Shown piece by piece: positions 35,792 through 49,500 of a stretch of 64,000 nucleotides of DNA. The stretch spans positions 6,820,001-6,884,000 of the forward strand of contig OZ059894.1 of assembly GCA_964057225.1 (NCBI GenBank), given 5' to 3'. Under the pieces are notes generated by a model, which ran no database searches, was not told where the DNA came from, and worked only from the letters and a program-made list of their open reading frames with translations. Source of the stretch: Auanema rhodensis. Taxonomy: Eukaryota; Animalia; Nematoda. Numbering within the stretch: position 1 is the first letter of the stretch; each line of letters opens with the position of its first letter. The position numbers and the translations under genes were made by a program.

Positions 35792-37540
35792 TAAGAGCAG
35801 AAGTCTTCGTCCTCCTTGGGCTCCTTGTCCTCGGGGTCCTCGTTTTCGGAAGGCAAAAGGTTACCTCAAAGCTGAAATCCCCTCCTTCTCGGGCTCCTCC
35901 TCTTCGGGCTCCTCGTGCTGGACCTCTTCTCCTCCTCCTCAGGTTCCTCCTCTTCGGGCTCCTCGTTCTGGACCTCTTCTCCTCCTCCTCAGGTTCCTCC
36001 TCTTCTGGCTCCTCGTCCTCTTCTCCTCCTCCTCGGGCTCCGCTTCTTCTGGCTGCTCCTTCTCGGGCTACTCCTCCTCGGGCTCCGCTTCTTCTGGCTG
36101 CTCCTCCTCGGGCTACTCCTCCCCGGGCTCCGCTTCTTCTGGCTGCTCCTCCTCGGGCTACTCCTCCCCGGGCTCTTCATCTTCGGGCTCCTGCTCCCCG
36201 GGCTCCGCTTCTTCTGGCTGCTCCTCTTCGGGCTACTCCTCCCCGGGCTCCTCATCTTCGGGCTCCTGCTCCTCGGGCTCCTCATCTTCGGGCTCCTGCT
36301 CCTCGGGCTTCTCATCTTCGGGCTCCTGCTCTTCGGGCTCCTCCTCCTCGGGCTTCTGGTCCTTGGGCTTCTGGTCCTCGGGCTTCTGGTCCTCGGGCTT
36401 CTGGTCCTTGGGCTTCTGGTCCTCGGGCTTCTGCTCCTCGGGCTTCTGGTCCTTGGGCTTCTGGTCCTCGGGCTTCTGCTCCTCGGGCTCCTCCTCCTCG
36501 GGCTCCTCCTCCTCGGGCTCCTCGTTCTATAATCTTTGTCTTACCTTATGTTCTGATCGGTATCCTAGGGGATTCGATCTTCGACTGTTCGAGTGTCAGT
36601 CTGTCATCTTATCCTTTCGGCTATTGACCACATTTATATATAATTGGTAACTATATGATAAAATATAATATGGATATATGATATAGACCTTAAGGAAATA
36701 AAGCCTCACTATAAGGGCTATGTTCAAGGCGTTATATCTCCTTAATTTGACAGTATTTTTGAATTTTGATCGGTTTTTCAGGTTCTACGGGTTTGATTTC
36801 ATATATTTAAGGAGGATAATACTGAATTTATTATTGTTAATCATATTTTTTCTTTAAAACCATACCAGAGAATAATATATTTTAGTGTTGCGCTCCACTG
36901 ATAATCATGAATTCTGTTCAAATATTGAATTCATTTATTTTATAAAGTAATATATAAACTTATATATATTAAATTTAAGTTTATTTAGTTAACTTACTTT
37001 TTATTTTTTGAATTACTTTTATTTTTCATTTTATTCAACTTTTTCCTACTTCATTAGTCAACTAAGCACTGAAACATTAAATTTAAGATGATTAATCTGA
37101 ATTAGAAAAATGAAATGGAACACAACCGTGTTTTGAGATTTTCAATTGTAAAATGGACCAAACTTCACTCAATTTTTTGAATTTGCTTGTAAAAATTAAC
37201 GGTTTGTTTATAATAAAATATGATGAAAACAATGTTATGAAAAAACTTTTATTAAATTTCATTATTATATTGATTTTATAAATAAATCTCTGTAAAAGCA
37301 AATATCAGTTTTTCAGTTAATCACAGACCAGTAATGTAACACAGCCAATTCTAAATTTAAAAAAAAATCTAGTATGAGCAATTTCTAAAGCATACTACAA
37401 CACTAAGCTCTTGGCAACGGCCAAATCTGAGACTGTCAATTTTTGTTTTGAAATTTTTTATATACAGGAAACAAGTTACTGTCGCACATAATTTGCGGGG
37501 AAAAGCCCGTTTATCTTGCCACCAACCAGATTTTTTTTAT
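35792..37540. other. 1.75-kb non-satellite island splitting the satellite
   Basis: The left array stops at TTTTCCGG and the right array resumes ~70 bp further along the monomer. No TSD or TIR. Confidence 0.85.
35802..36526 (-). repeat. 15-bp purine-rich minisatellite (GAGCCCGAGGAGGAG variants); possibly a decayed low-complexity coding fragment
   Basis: The minus strand reads EPEEE/KPEDQ/EPEDE in one frame (interrupted by TAGs) and RSPRR/RSPRT in another. There are internal higher-order blocks. No intact gene model. Confidence 0.85.
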
Positions 37541-40500
37541 AAACTATTTTCATTTGATTATAGTTGATCATCTTTTAGAAAAAGGCACATTCACCGGGAC
37601 AACGTGACTACAGCCTGAACTTTTTTGTGAACAAATCTCTTACATGTGCTCGCATAAGCTCCTTTTCCGGAAAAAGTAAAAGTCCCATCAAAATTTTACC
37701 GAGAAATTCAGAATCTACACATCTGAATACCCAACCTCAAACTATTTTCATTTGATTATAGTTGATCATCTTTTAGAAAAAGGCACATTCACCGGGCACA
37801 ACGTGACTACAGCCTGAACTTTTTTGTGAACAAATCTCTTACATGTGCTCGCATAAGCTCCTTTTCCGGAAAAACTAAAAGTCCCATCAAAATTTTACCA
37901 AGAAATTCAGAATCTACACATCTGAATACCCAACCTCAAACTATTTTTATTTGATTATAGTTGATCATCTTTTAGAAAAAGGCACATTCACCGGGCACAA
38001 CGTGACTACAGCCTGAACTTTTTTGTGAACAAATCTCTTACATGTGCTCGCATAAGCTCCTTTTCCGGAAAAAGTAAAAGTCCCATCAAAATTTTACCAA
38101 GAAATTCAGAATCTACACATCTGAATACCCAACCTCAAACTATTTTTATTTGATTATAGTTGATCATCTTTTAGAAAAAGGCACATTCACCGGGACAACG
38201 TGACTACAGCCTGAACTTTTTTGTGAACAAATCTCTTACATGTGCTCGCATAAGCTCCTTTTCCGGAAAAAGTAAAAGTCCCATCAAAATTTTACCGAGA
38301 AATTCAGAATCTACACATCTGAATACCCAACCTCAAACTATTTTCATTTGATTATAGTTGATCATCTTTTAGAAAAAGGCACATTCACCGGGCACAACGT
38401 GACTACAGCCTGAACTTTTTTGTGAACAAATCTCTTACATGTGCTCGCATAAGCTCCTTTTCCGGAAAAACTAAAAGTCCCATCAAAATTTTACCAAGAA
38501 ATTCAGAATCTACACATCTGAATACCCAACCTCAAACTATTTTTATTTGATTATAGTTGATCATCTTTTAGAAAAAGGCACATTCACCGGGCACAACGTG
38601 ACTACAGCCTGAACTTTTTTGTGAACAAATCTCTTACATGTGCTCGCATAAGCTCCTTTTCCGGAAAAAGTAAAAGTCCCATCAAAATTTTACCAAGAAA
38701 TTCAGAATCTACACATCTGAATACCCAACCTCAAACTATTTTTATTTGATTATAGTTGATCATCTTTTAGAAAAAGGCACATTCACCGGGCACAACGTGA
38801 CTACAGCCTGAACTTTTTTGTGAACAAATCTCTTACATGTGCTCGCATAAGCTCCTTTTCCGGAAAAAGTAAAAGTCCCATCAAAATTTTACCAAGAAAT
38901 TCAGAATCTACACATCTGAATACCCAACCTCAAACTATTTTAATTTGATTATAGTTGATCATCTTTTAGAAAAAGGCACATTCACCGGGCACAACGTGAC
39001 TACAGCCTGAACTTTTTTGTGAACAAATCTCTTACATGTGCTCGCATAAGCTCCTTTTCCGGAAAAAGTAAAAGTCCCATCAAAATTTTACCGAGAAATT
39101 CAGAATCTACACATCTGAATATCAAACCTCAAACTATTTTTATTTGATTATAGTTGATCATCTTTTAGAAAAAGGCACATTCACCGGGCACAACGTGACT
39201 ACAGCCTGAACTTTTTTGTGAACAAATCTCTTACATGTGCTCGCATAAGCTCCTTTTCCGGAAAAAGTAAAAGTCCCATCAAAATTTTACCGAGAAATTC
39301 AGAATCTATACATCTGAATACCCAACCTCAAACTATTTTTATTTGATTATAGTTGATCATCTTTTAGAAAAAGGCACATTCACCGGGCACAACGTGACTA
39401 CAGCCTGAACTTTTTTGTGAACAAATCTCTTACATGTGCTCGCATAAGCTCCTTTTCCGGAAAAAGTAAAAGTCCCATGAAAATTTTACCAAGAAATTCA
39501 GAATCTACACATCTGAATACCAAACCTCAAACTATTTTTATTTGATTATAGTTGATGATCTTTTAGAAAAAGGCACATTCACCGGGCACAACGTGACTAT
39601 AGCCTGAACTTTTTTGTGAACAAATCTCTTACATGTGCTCGCATAAGCTCCTTTTCCGGAAAAAGTAAAAGTCCCATGAAAATTTTACCAAGAAATTCAG
39701 AATCTACACATCTGAATACCCAACCTCAAACTATTTCTATTTGATTATAGTTGATCATCTTTTAGAAAAAGGCACATTCACCGAGCACAACGTGACTACA
39801 GCCTGAACTTTTTTGTGAACAAATCTCTTACATGTGCTCGCATAAGCTCCTTTTCCGGAAAAAGTAAAAGTCCCATCAAAATTTTACCGAAAAATTCAGA
39901 ATCTATACATCTGAATACCCAACCTCAAACTATTTTTATTTGATTATAGTTGATCATCTTTTAGAAAAAGGCACATTCACCGGGCACAACGTGACTATAG
40001 CCTGAACTTTTTTGTGAACAAATCTCTTACATGTGCTCGCATAAACCCCTTTCCCGGAAAAAGTAAAAGTCCCATGAAACTTTTACCAAGAAATTCAGAA
40101 TCTATACATCTGAATACCCAACCTCAAACTATTTTTATTTGATTATAGTTGATCATCTTTTAGAAAAAGGCACATTCACCGGGCACAACGTGACTACAGC
40201 CTGAACTTTTTTGTGAACAAATCTCTTACATGTGCTCGCATAAGCTCCTTTTCCGGAAAAAGTAAAAGTCCCATCAAAATTTTACCGAAAAATTCAGAAT
40301 CTACACATCTGAATACCCAACCTCAAACTATTTTTATTTGATTATAGTTGATCATCTTTTAGAAAAAGGCACATTCACCGGGCACAACGTGACTACAGCC
40401 TGAACTTTTTTGTGAACAAATCTCTTACATGTGCTCGCATAAGCTCCTTTTCCGGAAAAAGTAAAAGTCCCATCAAAATTTTACCAAGAAATTCAGAATC

Positions 40501-43500
40501 TACACATCTGAATACCCAACCTCAAACTATTTTAATTTGATTATAGTTGATCATCTTTTAGAAAAAGGCACATTCACCGGGCACAACGTGACTACAGCCT
40601 GAACTTTTTTGTGAACAAATCTCTTACATGTGCTCGCATAAACCCCTTTCCCGGAAAAAGTAAAAGTCCCATCAAAATTTTACCGAGAAATTCAGAATCT
40701 ATACATCTGAATACCCAACCTCAAACTATTTCTATTTGATTATAATTGATCATCTTTTAGAAAAAGGCACATTCACCGAGCACAACGTGACTACAGCCTG
40801 AACTTTTTTGTGAACAAATCTCTTACATGTGCTCGCATAAACCCCTTTCCCGGAAAAAGTAAAAGTCCCATCAAAATTTTACCGAGAAATTCAGAATCTA
40901 CACATCTGAATACCCAACCTCAAACTATTTTAATTTGATTATAGTTGATCATCTTTTAGAAAAAGGCACATTCACCGGGCACAACGTGACTACAGCCTGA
41001 ACTTTTTTGTGAACAAATCTCTTACATGTGCTCGCATAAACCCCTTTCCCGGAAAAAGTAAAAGTCCCATCAAAATTTTACCGAGAAATTCAGAATCTAT
41101 ACATCTGAATACCCAACCTCAAACTATTTCTATTTGATTATAATTGATCATCTTTTAGAAAAAGGCACATTCACCGAGCACAACGTGACTACAGCCTGAA
41201 CTTTTTTGTGAACAAATCTCTTACATGTGCTCGCATAAACCCCTTTCCCGGAAAAAGTAAAAGTCCCATGAAACTTTTACCAAGAAATTCAGAATCTACA
41301 CATCTGAATACCCAACCTCAAACTATTTTAATTTGATTATAGTTGATCATCTTTTAGAAAAAGGCACATTCACCGGGCACAACGTGACTACAGCCTGAAC
41401 TTTTTTGTGAACAAATCTCTTAGATGTGCTCGCATAAACCCCTTTTCCGGAAAAAGTAAAAGTCCCATGAAACTTTTACCAAGAAATTCAGAATCTACAC
41501 ATCTGAATACCCAACCTCAAACTATTTTTATTTGATTATAGTCGATGATGTTTTAGAAAAAGGCACATTCACCGGGCACAACGTGACTACAGCCTGAACT
41601 TTTTTGTGAACAAATCTCTTAGATGTGCTCGCATAAACCCCTTTTCCGGAAAAAGTAAAAGTCCCATGAAACTTTTACCAAGAAATTCAGAATCTACACA
41701 TCTGAATACCCAACCTCAAACTATTTTTATTTGATTATAGTCGATGATGTTTTAGAAAAAGGCACATTCACCGGGCACAACGTGACTACAGCCTGAACTT
41801 TTTTGTGAACAAATCTCTTAGATGTGCTCGCATAAACCCCTTTTCCGGAAAAAGTAAAAGTCCCATGAAACTTTTACCAAGAAATTCAGAATCTACACAT
41901 CTGAATACCAAACCTCAAACTATTTTTATTTGATTATAGTTGATCATCTTTTAGAAAAAGGCACATTCACCGGGCACAACGTGAGTATAGCCTGAACTTT
42001 TTTGTGAACAAATCTCTTAGATGTGCTCGCATAAACCCCTTTTCCGGAAAAAGTAAAAGTCCCATCAACATTTTACCAAGAAATTCAGAATCTACACATC
42101 TGAATACCAAACCTCAAACTATTTTAATTTGATTATAGTTGATCATCTTTTAGAAAAAGGCACATTCACCGGGCACAACGTGAGTATAGCCTGAACTTTT
42201 TTGTGAACAAATCTCTTAGATGTGCTCGCATAAACCCCTTTTCCGGAAAAAGTAAAAGTCCCATGAAACTTTTACCAAGAAATTCAGAATCTACACATCT
42301 GAATACCCAACCTCAAACTCTTTTTATTTGATTATAGTCGATGATGTTTTAGAAAAAGGCACATTCACCGGGCACAACGTGAGTATAGCCTGAACTTTTT
42401 TGTGAACAAATCTCTTACATGTGCTCGCATAAACCCCTTTCCCGGAAAAAGTAAAAGTCCCATCAAATTTTTACCGAGAAATTCAGAATCTATACATCTG
42501 AATACCCAACCTCAAACTATTTTTATTTGATTATAGTTGATCATCTTTTAGAAAAAGGCACATTCACCGGGCACAACGTGAGTATAGCCTGAACTTTTTT
42601 GTGAACAAATCTCTTAGATGTGCTCGCATAAACCCCTTTTCCGGAAAAAGTAAAAGTCCCATGAAACTTTTACCAAGAAATTCAGAATCTACACATCTGA
42701 ATACCCAACCTCAAACTCTTTTTATTTGATTATAGTCGATGATGTTTTAGAAAAAGGCACATTCACCGGGCACAACGTGAGTATAGCCTGAACTTTTTTG
42801 TGAACAAATCTCTTACATGTGCTCGCATAAACCCCTTTCCCGGAAAAAGTAAAAGTCCCATCAAATTTTTACCGAGAAATTCAGAATCTATACATCTGAA
42901 TACCCAACCTCAAACTCTTTTTATTTGATTATAGTCGATGATGTTTTAGAAAAAGGCACATTCACCGGGCACAACGTGAGTATAGCCTGAACTTTTTTGT
43001 GAACAAATCTCTTACATGTGCTCGCATAAACCCCTTTCCCGGAAAAAGTAAAAGTCCCATCAAAATTTTACCGAGAAATTCAGAATCTATACATCTGAAT
43101 ACCCAACCTCAAACTATTTTTATTTGATTATAGTTGATCATCTTTTAGAAAAAGGCACATTCACCGGGCACAACGTGAGTATAGCCTGAACTTTTTTGTG
43201 AACAAATCTCTTACATGTGCTCGCATAAACCCCTTTCCCGGAAAAAGTAAAAGTCCCATCAAAATTTTACCGAGAAATTCAGAATCTATACATCTGAATA
43301 CCCAACCTCAAACTATTTTTATTTGATTATAGTTGATCATCTTTTAGAAAAAGGCACATTGACCGGGCACAACGTGAGTATAGCCTGAACTTTTTTGTGA
43401 ACAAATCTCTTACATGTGCTCGCATAAGCTCCTTTTCCGGAAAAAGTAAAAGTCCCATCAAACTTTTACCAAGAAATTCAGAATCTACACATTTGAATAC

Positions 43501-46500
43501 CCAACCTCAAACTATTTTTATTTGATTATAGTCGATGATGTTTTAGAAAAAGGCACATTCACCGGGCACAACGTGACTACAGCCTGAACTTTTTTGTGAA
43601 CAAATCTCTTAGATGTGCTCGCATAAACCCCTTTTCCGGAAAAAGTAAAAGTCCCATCAAAATTTTACCGAGAAATTCAGAATCTATACATCTGAATACC
43701 CAACCTCAAACTATTTCTATTTGATTATAATTGATCATCTTTTAGAAAAAGGCACATTCACCGGGCACAACGTGACTACAGCCTGAACTTTTTTGTGAAC
43801 AAATCTCTTAGATGTGCTCGCATAAACCCCTTTTCCGGAAAAAGTAAAAGTCCCATGAAAATTTTACCAAGAAATTCAGAATCTACACATCTGAATACCA
43901 AACCTCAAACTATTTTTATTTGATTATAGTTGATGATCTTTTAGAAAAAGGCACATTCACCGGGCACAACGTGACTATAGCCTGAACTTTTTTGTGAACA
44001 AATCTCTTACATGTGCTCGCATAAGCTCCTTTTCCGGAAAAAGTAAAAGTCCCATGAAAATTTTACCAAGAAATTCAGAATCTACACATCTGAATACCAA
44101 ACCTCAAACTATTTTTATTTGATTATAGTTGATGATCTTTTAGAAAAAGGCACATTCACCGGGCACAACGTGACTATAGCCTGAACTTTTTTGTGAACAA
44201 ATCTCTTACATGTGCTCGCATAAGCTCCTTTTCCGGAAAAAGTAAAAGTCCCATCAAAATTTTACCAAGAAATTCAGAATCTACACATCTGAATACCAAA
44301 CCTCAAACTATTTTTATTTGATTATAGTTGATCATCTTTTAGAAAAAGGCACATTCACCGGGCACAACGTGACTACAGCCTGAACTTTTTTGTGAACAAA
44401 TCTCTTAGATGTGCTCGCATAAGCTCCTTTTCCGGAAAAAGTAAAAGTTCCATCAAAATTTTACCGAGAAATTCAGAATCTACACATCTGAATACCCAAC
44501 CTCAAACTATTTTTATTTGATTATAGTTGATGATCTTTTAGAAAAAGGCACATTCACCGGGCACAACGTGACTACAGCCTGAACTTTTTTGTGAACAAAT
44601 CTCTTACATGTGCTCGCATAAGCTCCTTTTCCGGAAAAAGTAAAAGTCCCATCAAAATTTTACCGAGAAATTCAGAATCTACACATCTGAATACCCAACC
44701 TCAAACTATTTTTATTTGATTATAGTTGATGATCTTTTAGAAAAAGGCACATTCACCGGGCACAACGTGAGTATAGCCTGAACTTTTTTGTGAACAAATC
44801 TCTTACATGTGCTCGCATAAGCTCCTTTTCCGGAAAAAGTAAAAGTCCCATCAAAATTTTACCAAGAAATTCAGAATCTACACATCTGAATACCCAACCT
44901 CAAACTATTTTTATTTGATTATAGTTGATCATCTTTTAGAAAAAGGCACATTCACCGGGCACAACGTGACTACAGCCTGAACTTTTTTGTGAACAAATCT
45001 CTTACATATGCTCGCATAAGCTCCTTTTCCGGAAAAAGTAAAAGTCCCATCAAAATTTTACCGAGAAATTCAGAATCTACACATCTGAATACCCAACCTC
45101 AAACTATTTTTATTTGATTATAGTTGATGATCTTTTAGAAAAAGGCACATTCACCGGGCACAACGTGACTACAGCCTGAACTTTTTTGTGAACAAATCTC
45201 TTACATGTGCTCGCATAAACCCCTTTCCCGGAAAAAGTAAAAGTCCCATCAAAATTTTACCAAGAAATTCAGAATCTACACATCTGAATACCCAACCTCA
45301 AACTATTTTTATTTGATTATAGTTGATCATCTTTTAGAAAAAGGCACATTCACCGGGCACAACGTGACTACAGCCTGAACTTTTTTGTGAACAAATCTCT
45401 TACATGTGCTCGCATAAGCTCCTTTTCCGGAAAAAGTAAAAGTCCCATCAAAATTTTACCAAGAAATTCAGAATCTACACATCTGAATACCCAACCTCAA
45501 ACTATTTTTATTTGATTATAGTTGATCATCTTTTAGAAAAAGGCACATTCACCGGGCACAACGTGACTACAGCCTGAACTTTTTTGTGAACAAATCTCTT
45601 ACATGTGCTCGCATAAGCTCCTTTTCCGGAAAAAGTAAAAGTCCCATCAGAATTTTACCGAGAAATTCAGAATCTACACATCTGAATACCCAACCTCAAA
45701 CTATTTTTATTTGATTATAGTTGATGATCTTTTAGAAAAAGGCACATTCACCGGGCACAACGTGAGTATAGCCTGAACTTTTTTGTGAACAAATCTCTTA
45801 CATGTGCTCGCATAAACCCCTTTCCCGGAAAAAGTAAAAGTCCCATCAAAATTTTACCAAGAAATTCAGAATCTACACATCTGAATACCCAACCTCAAAC
45901 TATTTTAATTTGATTATAGTTGATCATCTTTTAGAAAAAGGCACATTCACCGGGCACAACGTGACTACAGCCTGAACTTTTTTGTGAACAAATCTCTTAC
46001 ATGTGCTCGCATAAACCCCTTTCCCGGAAAAAGTAAAAGTCCCATCAAAATTTTACCGAGAAATTCAGAATCTATACATCTGAATACCCAACCTCAAACT
46101 ATTTCTATTTGATTATAATTGATCATCTTTTAGAAAAAGGCACATTCACCGGGCACAACGTGACTATAGCCTGAACTTTTTTGTGAACAAATCTCTTACA
46201 TGTGCTCGCATAAGCTTCTTTTCCGGAAAAAGTAAAAGTCCCATCAAAATTTTACCGAGAAATTCAGAATCTACACATCTGAATACCCAACCTCAAACTA
46301 TTTTTATTTGATTATAGTTGATGATCTTTTAGAAAAAGGCACATTCACCGAGCACAACGTGACTACAGCCTGAACTTTTTTGTGAACAAATCTCTTAGAT
46401 GTGCTCGCATAAACCCCTTTTCCGGAAAAAGTAAAAGTCCCATGAAACTTTTACCAAGAAATTCAGAATCTACACATCTGAATACCCAACCTCAAACTAT

Positions 46501-49500
46501 TTTTATTTGATTATAGTCGATGATGTTTTAGAAAAAGGCACATTCACCGGGCACAACGTGAGTATAGCCTGAACTTTTTTGTGAACAAATCTCTTAGATG
46601 TGCTCGCATAAACCCCTTTTCCGGAAAAAGTAAAAGTCCCATGAAACTTTTACCAAGAAATTCAGAATCTACACATCTGAATACCCAACCTCAAACTATT
46701 TTTATTTGATTATAGTCGATGATGTTTTAGAAAAAGGCACATTCACCGGGCACAACGTGAGTATAGCCTGAACTTTTTTGTGAACAAATCTCTTAGATGT
46801 GCTCGCATAAACCTCTTTTCCGGAAAAAGTAAAAGTCCCATGAAACTTTTACCAAGAAATTCAGAATCTACACATCTGAATACCCAACCTCAAACTATTT
46901 TTATTTGATTATAGTCGATGATGTTTTAGAAAAAGGCACATTCACCGGGCACAACGTGACTACAGCCTGAACTTTTTTGTGAACAAATCTCTTAGATGTG
47001 CTCGCATAAACCCCTTTTCCGGAAAAAGTAAAAGTCCCATGAAAATTTTACCAAGAAATTCAGAATCTACACATCTGAATACCAAACCTCAAACTATTTT
47101 TATTTGATTATAGTTGATCATCTTTTAGAAAAAGGCACATTCACCGGGCACAACGTGAGTATAGCCTGAACTTTTTTGTGAACAAATCTCTTAGATGTGC
47201 TCGCATAAACCCCTTTTCCGGAAAAAGTAAAAGTCCCATGAAACTTTTACCAAGAAATTCAGAATCTACACATCTGAATACCCAACCTCAAACTATTTTT
47301 ATTTGATTATAGTCGATGATGTTTTAGAAAAAGGCACATTCACCGGGCACAACGTGAGTATAGCCTGAACTTTTTTGTGAACAAATCTCTTAGATGTGCT
47401 CGCATAAACCCCTTTTCCGGAAAAAGTAAAAGTCCCATGAAACTTTTACCAAGAAATTCAGAATCTACACATCTGAATACCCAACCTCAAACTATTTTTA
47501 TTTGATTATAGTTGATCATCTTTTAGAAAAAGGCACATTCACCGGGCACAACGTGACTACAGCCTGAACTTTTTTGTGAACAAATCTCTTACATGTGCTC
47601 GCATAAGCTCCTTTTCCGGAAAAAGTAAAAGTCCCATCAAAATTTTACCGAGAAATTCAGAATCTACACATTTGAATACCCAACCTCAAACTATTTTTAT
47701 TTGATTATAGTCGATGATGATTTAGAAAAAGGCACATTCACCGGGCACAACGTGACTACAGCCTGAACTTTTTTGTGAACAAATCTCTTAGATGTGCTCG
47801 CATAAACCCCTTTTCCGGAAAAAGTAAAAGTCCCATCAAAATTTTACCAAGAAATTCAGAATCTACACATCTGAATACCAAACCTCAAACTATTTTTATT
47901 TGATTATAGTTGATCATCTTTTAGAAAAAGGCACATTCACCGGGCACAACGTGAGTATAGCCTGAACTTTTTTGTGAACAAATCTCTTAGATGTGCTCGC
48001 ATAAACCCCTTTTCCGGAAAAAGTAAAAGTCCCATGAAACTTTTACCAAGAAATTCAGAATCTACACATCTGAATACCCAACCTCAAACTATTTTTATTT
48101 GATTATAGTTGATCATCTTTTAGAAAAAGGCACATTCACCGGGCACAACGTGACTACAGCCTGAACTTTTTTGTGAACAAATCTCTTAGATGTGCTCGCA
48201 TAAACCCCTTTTCCGGAAAAAGTAAAAGTCCCATCAAAATTTTACCAAGAAATTCAGAATCTACACATCTGAATACCAAACCTCAAACTATTTTTATTTG
48301 ATTATAGTTGATCATCTTTTAGAAAAAGGCACATTCACCGGGCACAACGTGAGTATAGCCTGAACTTTTTTGTGAACAAATCTCTTAGATGTGCTCGCAT
48401 AAACCCCTTTTCCGGAAAAAGTAAAAGTCCCATGAAACTTTTACCAAGAAATTCAGAATCTACACATCTGAATACCCAACCTCAAACTCTTTTTATTTGA
48501 TTATAGTCGATGATGTTTTAGAAAAAGGCACATTCACCGGGCACAACGTGAGTATAGCCTGAACTTTTTTGTGAACAAATCTCTTACATGTGCTCGCATA
48601 AACCCCTTTCCCGGAAAAAGTAAAAGTCCCATGAAACTTTTACCAAGAAATTCAGAATCTACACATCTGAATACCCAACCTCAAACTATTTTAATTTGAT
48701 TATAGTTGATCATCTTTTAGAAAAAGGCACATTCACCGAGCACAACGTGACTACAGCCTGAACTTTTTTGTGAACAAATCTCTTAGATGTGCTCGCATAA
48801 ACCCCTTTTCCGGAAAAAGTAAAAGTCCCATGAAACTTTTACCAAGAAATTCAGAATCTACACATTTGAATACCCAACCTCAAACTATTTTTATTTGATT
48901 ATAGTCGATGATGTTTTAGAAAAAGGCACATTCACCGGGCACAACGTGACTACAGCCTGAACTTTTTTGTGAACAAATCTCTTACATGTGCTCGCATAAA
49001 CCCCTTTCCCGGAAAAAGTAAAAGTCCCATCAAAATTTTACCGAGAAATTCAGAATCTATACATCTGAATACCCAACCTCAAACTATTTTAATTTGATTA
49101 TAGTTGATCATCTTTTAGAAAAAGGCACATTCACCGGGCACAACGTGACTACAGCCTGAACTTTTTTGTGAACAAATCTCTTACATGTGCTCGCATAAAC
49201 CCCTTTCCCGGAAAAAGTAAAAGTCCCATGAAACTTTTACCAAGAAATTCAGAATCTACACATCTGAATACCCAACCTCAAACTATTTTTATTTGATTAT
49301 AATTGATCATCTTTTAGAAAAAGGCACATTCACCGAGCACAACGTGACTACAGCCTGAACTTTTTTGTGAACAAATCTCTTACATGTGCTCGCATAAACC
49401 CCTTTCCCGGAAAAAGTAAAAGTCCCATGAAACTTTTACCAAGAAATTCAGAATCTACACATCTGAATACCCAACCTCAAACTATTTTAATTTGATTATA

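Noticed and set aside
35748-36650. + strand 300-aa Ser/Gly-rich and 205-aa Leu/Gly-rich ORFs
   Set aside because: Stop-free artefacts of a pyrimidine-rich 15-bp repeat, with GTG starts; one begins inside the satellite.
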